The notes under the pieces are model-generated. The model worked only from the letters and a program-made list of their open reading frames with translations, did not search any database and had not been told where the DNA came from. A stretch of 64,000 bases of DNA, taken from the NCBI GenBank assembly GCA_965539935.1, contig CBETVX010000003.1, forward strand, positions 9,928 to 73,927, written 5' to 3'. Below, in pieces: positions 58,426-64,000 of the stretch. Position 1 is the stretch's first letter. The number at the start of each line of letters is the position of its first letter. The stretch comes from an uncultured Eubacteriales bacterium. GTDB taxonomy: Bacteria > Bacillota > Clostridia > Peptostreptococcales > Caminicellaceae. Position numbers and translations under genes: made by a program.

Positions 58426-60924
58426 ATGTTAATTCATGATAAATTATGGAGAATAAAAGAAAATCAAACTGAAACCCTTGATAGATTATCAAAGGCTCTT
58501 AATATAAGCAAGATAACAGCAAATGTCTTGGTGAATAGGGGTATAGATACAATTGATAAAGCTAGGGGTTTTCTTAATCCTGCTTTAAAGGATTTACATA
58601 CACCTTTTTTATTAAAAGATATGGAAAAGGCTGTTGCAAGAATTAATAGAGCTATGGAAAAATCTGAAAACATATGGATATATGGTGACTACGATGTAGA
58701 TGGAGTCACAAGTGTATCCTTACTTAAACTCTATTTTAAGTCTGTTGGCTATGATGTGAATTATTATATACCCGATAGATTTGATGAAGGTTATGGAATT
58801 AATTGTGAAGCTATAGATTATATTAAATCTAAGGGTGGAGAGTTAATTATAAGCGTTGATTGTGGAATTACTTCAACCGATGAAGTTGAGTATGCAAAGT
58901 CTCTGGGAATCGATTTTATCATATCAGATCATCATCAATGCCAAGAAATTATTCCAAAGGCTTTAGCTGTTATTAACCCCAAAAGACCAGATTGTAAATA
59001 TCCCTATGATATGCTTGCGGGGGTGGGAATAGCTTTTAAATTGATACAAGCTTTAACCCCTGTAGATAAATATCAAGAAATGTGTTTTAAATACCTTGAT
59101 ATTGTTGCCTTTGGAACTGTTGCTGATGTTGCACCTATTACTGGTGAAAACAGAATAATTGTAAAATATGGATTAGATAAGCTTAATAATACTGAAAATA
59201 TTGGTTTGAAAGCTTTGATAGATGTTTGTGGATTAAATGATAAGAAAATTAATTCTGGCCATATTGGCTTTGTCTTAGCTCCAAAAATAAATGCTGCTGG
59301 CCGTATTAAAGATGCATCCATGGGAGTAGAGCTTTTAACTACAGATAGTTATGAATTTGCCATTGAGATTGCAAAAAAACTTTATGATGATAATTTACAC
59401 AGGCAAAGTATAGAAAAAAATATTGTCCTAGAGGCTGAAAAAATTATTGAGCAAGATATAGATTTGAAAAAGGAAAAGGTATTAGTATTGGCATCAGAGG
59501 GGTGGCATCATGGAGTTATAGGGATTGCAGCTTCTCGTATAGCTGAGAAATACTGTAGACCTACTATTATACTTGGTGTAGAAGATGGTGTTGCAAAAGG
59601 ATCGGCTAGAACCTTTGGAGATATAAATATATTTGAACTTTTGAGTTTATCAAAGGAATATTTTATTAAATTTGGAGGACATGCTCAAGCTGCAGGATTA
59701 TCTTTATGGAAGAAAGACCTTGAAGCTTTTAGAGTCAAAATAAATCAGATAGCAAATACTACAATCAAAGAAAAGGATTTAGTTCCAAGGTTAAATATCG
59801 ACATGCTGTTGAATAGAAAGGATGTTGTATTTAATGTCCTTGATGAAATAGAAAAATTAGAACCCTTTGGTCTAGGAAATCCCAAACCCCAATTTGCATA
59901 TAAAAATTTACACATAGAATCTTTAAATCTAGTAGGTAAGGATAAAAACCATCTTAAAATGGTTGTGCAAGATGGAAGTAGATTGTTTGATTGTATTGGG
60001 TTTAATTTTTCAAGGACTGGAAACTCTTTAGATAAAGGGACTAAGGTAGATTTAGTATTTTATTTGGAAAAAAATAATTTCAAAGGTGTAGAAACGATAC
60101 AGTTTAATCTAAAGGATGTTAGAAGTCCAAATAAGAAAATCTATGGAGAAAATCAGTTTGTAGAAAAGTATTATGAAACCTTCAATAATATTTTAGATGA
60201 TATGGATAATATAACAGATGAATCAATAACTAAAAATGTTATTGATATGAGAAATGAAAAAAATAGAGCTAAGTTCATAATTGACAGGTTAAGTCAACAT
60301 AGCTCACACATAGTATTAGTAAATACTATAGAAGGATTTATGGAGATCGTTTTTGAACTTAATGATAGAGATAGAAATGATATCCTTAATTTCATTAGTT
60401 TTAAAGAGCCCTATGAAGGTAGTAATAGCAGCATAGTTATTAACCCACAGATTTCTCTTATTGATTTTTCAAAATATGAGAATGTATATGTTTTTGATGT
60501 TCCAATTTATATTAATCAGCTTAATTATATAATAAACAATTCTAATGAGACTTATTTGTTGTATAATAAAGATGATTTAAAACTATTTGAGGTCTTTTTA
60601 GATACTATTATTCCTAATAGAGAAGATTTAGCAAAATTATATAAATTTTTTTCAAAATCACAACCAGATAAATTCTTGAATATAAAAGAAATAATAAAAT
60701 CTATTGATAAAATGAATATATCAAAATTATATTTTTGTTTAGACATATTGGAGGATGCTAAGCTAATAGAAACTATAAGGGGATCTGGAGAGTTTAAGGT
60801 ACTTTTATTACCTCCACCAGAGAATAAGATTAATATTACTAGTACTAATCTTTATAAGAAAATAAATAGTTTAAAAACTAAGTTTGGTATTCTAAAGGAA
60901 GAAGCATTCAAGGATTTAGGTTAA
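58426..60924 (+). CDS. recJ: Single-stranded-DNA-specific exonuclease RecJ (long form)
   Basis: DHH motifs (GDYDVDGVTS, SVDCG, SDHH), DHHA1 (GGHAQAAG), long C-terminal extension. ATG 58426 after AGGTGA is preferred over the track start at 58363. Confidence 0.9.
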   Translation: MLIHDKLWRIKENQTETLDRLSKALNISKITANVLVNRGIDTIDKARGFLNPALKDLHTPFLLKDMEKAVARINRAMEKSENIWIYGDYDVDGVTSVSLLKLYFKSVGYDVNYYIPDRFDEGYGINCEAIDYIKSKGGELIISVDCGITSTDEVEYAKSLGIDFIISDHHQCQEIIPKALAVINPKRPDCKYPYDMLAGVGIAFKLIQALTPVDKYQEMCFKYLDIVAFGTVADVAPITGENRIIVKYGLDKLNNTENIGLKALIDVCGLNDKKINSGHIGFVLAPKINAAGRIKDASMGVELLTTDSYEFAIEIAKKLYDDNLHRQSIEKNIVLEAEKIIEQDIDLKKEKVLVLASEGWHHGVIGIAASRIAEKYCRPTIILGVEDGVAKGSARTFGDINIFELLSLSKEYFIKFGGHAQAAGLSLWKKDLEAFRVKINQIANTTIKEKDLVPRLNIDMLLNRKDVVFNVLDEIEKLEPFGLGNPKPQFAYKNLHIESLNLVGKDKNHLKMVVQDGSRLFDCIGFNFSRTGNSLDKGTKVDLVFYLEKNNFKGVETIQFNLKDVRSPNKKIYGENQFVEKYYETFNNILDDMDNITDESITKNVIDMRNEKNRAKFIIDRLSQHSSHIVLVNTIEGFMEIVFELNDRDRNDILNFISFKEPYEGSNSSIVINPQISLIDFSKYENVYVFDVPIYINQLNYIINNSNETYLLYNKDDLKLFEVFLDTIIPNREDLAKLYKFFSKSQPDKFLNIKEIIKSIDKMNISKLYFCLDILEDAKLIETIRGSGEFKVLLLPPPENKINITSTNLYKKINSLKTKFGILKEEAFKDLG

Positions 60925-60943
60925 CAACTAAGGAGGGTATTAA

Positions 60944-61456
60944 ATGAACTTAAAGAGTAAAATAAGAGTAATTGAAGATTTTCCTAAAGAGGGTATTAGT
61001 TTTAAAGATATAACAACTTTACTGCAAGATGGTGAAGCCTATAAAGAAGCTATAGATATGTGCATAAAAGAAACAAAGGATTTAGAATATGATATAATTG
61101 TTGGCCCTGAGGCTAGGGGATTTTTAATAGGAGCACCTATGGCATATGGATCAGGAAAGGGATTTGTACCAGTGAGAAAACCTGGTAAACTTCCATATGA
61201 AACTATTAATCACGAATATGAGCTAGAATATGGTACAGATATATTAGAAATGCATAAAGATGCAATAAAACCTGGTCAAAAAGTTTTAGTTGTGGATGAT
61301 TTATTAGCAACTGGTGGAACAACACTTTCAACAATCAAACTTGTTGAAGAATTAGGTGGAGAAGTAGTTGGTGTTTTATTCCTAATAGAATTAACTTTCT
61401 TAAATGGGAGAGAAACTTTAGAAGGATATGATATAATATCATTAATAAGATACTAG
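60944..61456 (+). CDS. apt: Adenine phosphoribosyltransferase
   Basis: 170 aa with PRPP-binding motif [13 protein letters not shown]. Confidence 0.95.
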   Translation: MNLKSKIRVIEDFPKEGISFKDITTLLQDGEAYKEAIDMCIKETKDLEYDIIVGPEARGFLIGAPMAYGSGKGFVPVRKPGKLPYETINHEYELEYGTDILEMHKDAIKPGQKVLVVDDLLATGGTTLSTIKLVEELGGEVVGVLFLIELTFLNGRETLEGYDIISLIRY

Positions 61457-61535
61457 TGAATGGGAAACCATTCACATTTCTTCTAATTGAGGGAATAGTA
61501 CAACAATTTATTTTCACTATAAGAGGGTGAGATAC

Positions 61536-63707
61536 TTGCTTGAGAGTTATATAGAAAAAATAAAACAATATAACCCTCACTATGATTTATCTAGGATAAT
61601 CAAGGCATACAATTTTGCAGAAAATGCCCATGAAGGACAACGTAGAAAGTCTGGTGAGAAATATTTTATTCATCCTGTCAATGTTTCATTGATACTTGCT
61701 GAGTTAGAGTTAGATGAAAGCACAGTTATAGCAGGGTTACTTCATGATGTGGTAGAAGATACTAAATATGATTTTGACCACATTAAGAAAGAATTCGGAG
61801 AAGAAGTGGCTTTATTAGTAGATGGAGTTACTAAACTTGGAAGATTTACTTATGAAACTAAGGAAGAGAGACAGGCTGAAAATTTAAGGAAGATGTTCCT
61901 AGCAATGGCAAAGGATATAAGGGTTATACTTATTAAGCTTGCCGATAGACTTCATAATATGCGTACTTTAAAATTTATGAATGAAAATAAGAAAAAAGAA
62001 AAGGCTATTGAAACCCTTGAAATATACTGTCCTATTGCTCATAGATTAGGTATTTCTAAGATAAAATGGGAACTAGAAGACCTTAGTCTTAGATACCTAG
62101 ACCCTGAGGGATATTATGATTTAGTAGATAAAGTGGCTAAAAAAAGAAAAGAACGTGAAGAATATATTAATTCAATTATAAAGAAACTTAAGGTCAATCT
62201 TGATAAATTAGGAATTGATTATGATATATATGGTAGACCTAAGCATTTTTATAGTATATATAAGAAAATGGTTTATCAACATAAAAGTTTTGATGAAATA
62301 TTTGATCTTACCGCTATAAGAATTATAGTAGACAATGTAAAAGATTGTTATGGAGTTTTAGGAATAGTCCATACTATGTGGAAACCTATACCAGGTAGGT
62401 TTAAAGATTATATTGCTATGCCTAAACCCAATATGTATCAATCCTTGCATACTACACTTATAGGGCCAAGGGGAGAACCCTTTGAGATCCAGATTAGAAC
62501 CTGGGAAATGCATAGAATTGCTGAATATGGTATAGCCGCCCATTGGAAATACAAAGAAGGAAAAGTAGAGGAAGAAGAGTTAGATAAAAAACTATCTTGG
62601 CTTAGACAATTGCTAGAATGGCAGAGGGAACTAAAAGATCCTAAAGAATTTATGGAATCTTTGAAAATAGATTTATTTACAAATCAAGTATTTGTATTTA
62701 CCCCTAAAGGCGATGTAATAGATCTTCCATTTGGTTCTACCCCAATAGATTTTGCATACAAAATACATTCTGCTGTTGGTAATAAGTGTATAGGGGCGAA
62801 GGTTAATGGGCGAATAGTCCCATTAGATTATAAACTTAAAACAGGTAATATAGTTGAAGTATTGACATCTACTAATAGTAATGGACCAAGTAGAGATTGG
62901 TTGAAATTTGTGAAAAGTACCCATGCCAAAAATAAGATTAGACAATGGTTTAAGAAAGAGAGAAAAGAAGAGAATATAGATAGAGGTAAAGAAGTAGTAG
63001 AAAAAGAGCTAAGAAGACAAGGGTATAATTTAAAAGAAATATTGAAAGCAGACTATTTAAATAGAATAATCAAAAAATTGCGAATAAATACTGTGGACGA
63101 TTTGTATGCAGCCATTGGCTATGGTGGTATTGCCCTAAATCAAGTTATTCCAAAACTTAGGGAGATGTATAGAGCTGAGCATAAAGAAGATAAAAGTGAA
63201 GAGGACAATAATAAGGAACTGGAAAACAAAATTTCTAAATCTAAGCCTAGTAAAAGGACAAATCAAGGTGTTAAAGTAAAAGGTATTGATAATATATTAG
63301 TTAGGTTTGCTAAGTGTTGTAGCCCTGTCCAAGGAGATGAAATAGTTGGATATATTACTAGGGGTAGAGGTATAACCGTCCATAGGCAAGATTGTCCAAA
63401 TATTGTGAATGAAAGTAATAGTATAGATAGACTTATTGAAGTTGAATGGGATAAAGATAAGGAAACAAGATATCAAACAGAAATACAAATTGTTTCTCCA
63501 GATAGAAAAGGATTACTATCGGAGGTAACAAATATTATCTCTGATTCTAAACTACTTGTAAATGCAGTTAATGCAAAAACAACTAAGGAAAAGCTAGCAA
63601 TAATTAATCTTACAATTGAGATTTCCAATACAGATCAGTTGCTTAAAGTTATTAATAAATTTAAAAACATGCCAGGGATTATTGATGTAAAAAGGGTAAC
63701 ATCTTAA
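61536..63707 (+). CDS. relA: Bifunctional (p)ppGpp synthetase/hydrolase (RelA/SpoT homologue)
   Basis: HD domain (HPVNV...HDVVEDT), synthetase domain ([12 protein letters not shown]...), TGS and C-terminal ACT domains. TTG 61536 is well spaced from AGAGGGTGA. GTG 61527 is the alternative start. Confidence 0.92.
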   Translation: MLESYIEKIKQYNPHYDLSRIIKAYNFAENAHEGQRRKSGEKYFIHPVNVSLILAELELDESTVIAGLLHDVVEDTKYDFDHIKKEFGEEVALLVDGVTKLGRFTYETKEERQAENLRKMFLAMAKDIRVILIKLADRLHNMRTLKFMNENKKKEKAIETLEIYCPIAHRLGISKIKWELEDLSLRYLDPEGYYDLVDKVAKKRKEREEYINSIIKKLKVNLDKLGIDYDIYGRPKHFYSIYKKMVYQHKSFDEIFDLTAIRIIVDNVKDCYGVLGIVHTMWKPIPGRFKDYIAMPKPNMYQSLHTTLIGPRGEPFEIQIRTWEMHRIAEYGIAAHWKYKEGKVEEEELDKKLSWLRQLLEWQRELKDPKEFMESLKIDLFTNQVFVFTPKGDVIDLPFGSTPIDFAYKIHSAVGNKCIGAKVNGRIVPLDYKLKTGNIVEVLTSTNSNGPSRDWLKFVKSTHAKNKIRQWFKKERKEENIDRGKEVVEKELRRQGYNLKEILKADYLNRIIKKLRINTVDDLYAAIGYGGIALNQVIPKLREMYRAEHKEDKSEEDNNKELENKISKSKPSKRTNQGVKVKGIDNILVRFAKCCSPVQGDEIVGYITRGRGITVHRQDCPNIVNESNSIDRLIEVEWDKDKETRYQTEIQIVSPDRKGLLSEVTNIISDSKLLVNAVNAKTTKEKLAIINLTIEISNTDQLLKVINKFKNMPGIIDVKRVTS

Positions 63708-63721
63708 AGGAGGTAAAAGGG

Positions 63722-64000
63722 TTGAGAGCAGTAATACAAAGAGTAAGTAGTGCAAATGTAACTGTTAATAATGAAGTAACAGGTTCTATAGATAAAGGGC
63801 TTTTAATTTTACTTGGGGTTGAAGATGGGGATACCGATAAGGATATAAAATATATGGTAGAAAAAATCATAAACTTAAGAATATTTGAAGATGAAAATGA
63901 AAAAATGAATTTATCCCTATTAGATATCAAAGGCGAACTTTTAGTGGTATCCCAATTCACATTATTAGGGGATTGCAGGAAAGGTAGACGTCCAAACTTT
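63722..64000 (+). CDS. dtd: D-aminoacyl-tRNA deacylase (5' part, truncated by the window end)
   Basis: TTG start after GGAGG. (M)[14 protein letters not shown].....[13 protein letters not shown]...D...D..Y...KI..LRIF.D......N.S......[11 protein letters not shown]. Confidence 0.9.
   Translation, partial: MRAVIQRVSSANVTVNNEVTGSIDKGLLILLGVEDGDTDKDIKYMVEKIINLRIFEDENEKMNLSLLDIKGELLVVSQFTLLGDCRKGRRPNF

Overview
This is a 64 kb chromosomal segment from a low-GC, spore-forming Firmicute (class Clostridia by gene content and order; species not determinable from the sequence). Most of it is conserved housekeeping and sporulation synteny. From the left: spoVAC-spoVAD-spoVAE-spoVAEA-spoVAF, a convergent class A PBP, T-box-controlled tyrS and yunB. 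From about 33.7 kb: hflX, cysK, nadE, yebC, a bofC-like gene, ruvCAB, a SpoIID-like gene, queA, tgt, yajC, SCIFF peptide plus maturase, secDF, an ABC1 kinase, recJ, apt, relA and dtd (cut by the window end). Between about 10.7 and 33.6 kb lies a looser, accessory-looking patch. It holds a lipoprotein, an ACT-domain gene, an isolated PduU/EutS-PduV/EutP microcompartment pair, an SDR, a LanFEG-type ABC transporter with a two-component system, a choloylglycine-hydrolase-family gene, an ankyrin protein, a PLD-family protein, a transporter with two M20 amidohydrolases, and FprA. It also contains gene remnants, a local repeat family and a 0.9 kb ORF-free stretch. I recognised no rRNA, tRNA, CRISPR array, IS element, integrase or prophage. 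I see no convincing new multi-gene defence-type system. The observations most worth follow-up are: (1) a YjjI-family short glycyl-radical enzyme with its YjjW activase, whose chemistry is unknown; (2) the orphan BMC shell/GTPase pair next to the repeat-rich ORF-free DNA; (3) a clustered GGGACGGTT-containing repeat family; (4) an in-frame TAA at a conserved Tyr codon of yajC; (5) a TSUP/TauE transporter encoded as two half-size genes; (6) two unannotated small ORFs with strong ribosome-binding sites. All family assignments come from motif recognition by eye and memory of homologues. No database search was run.
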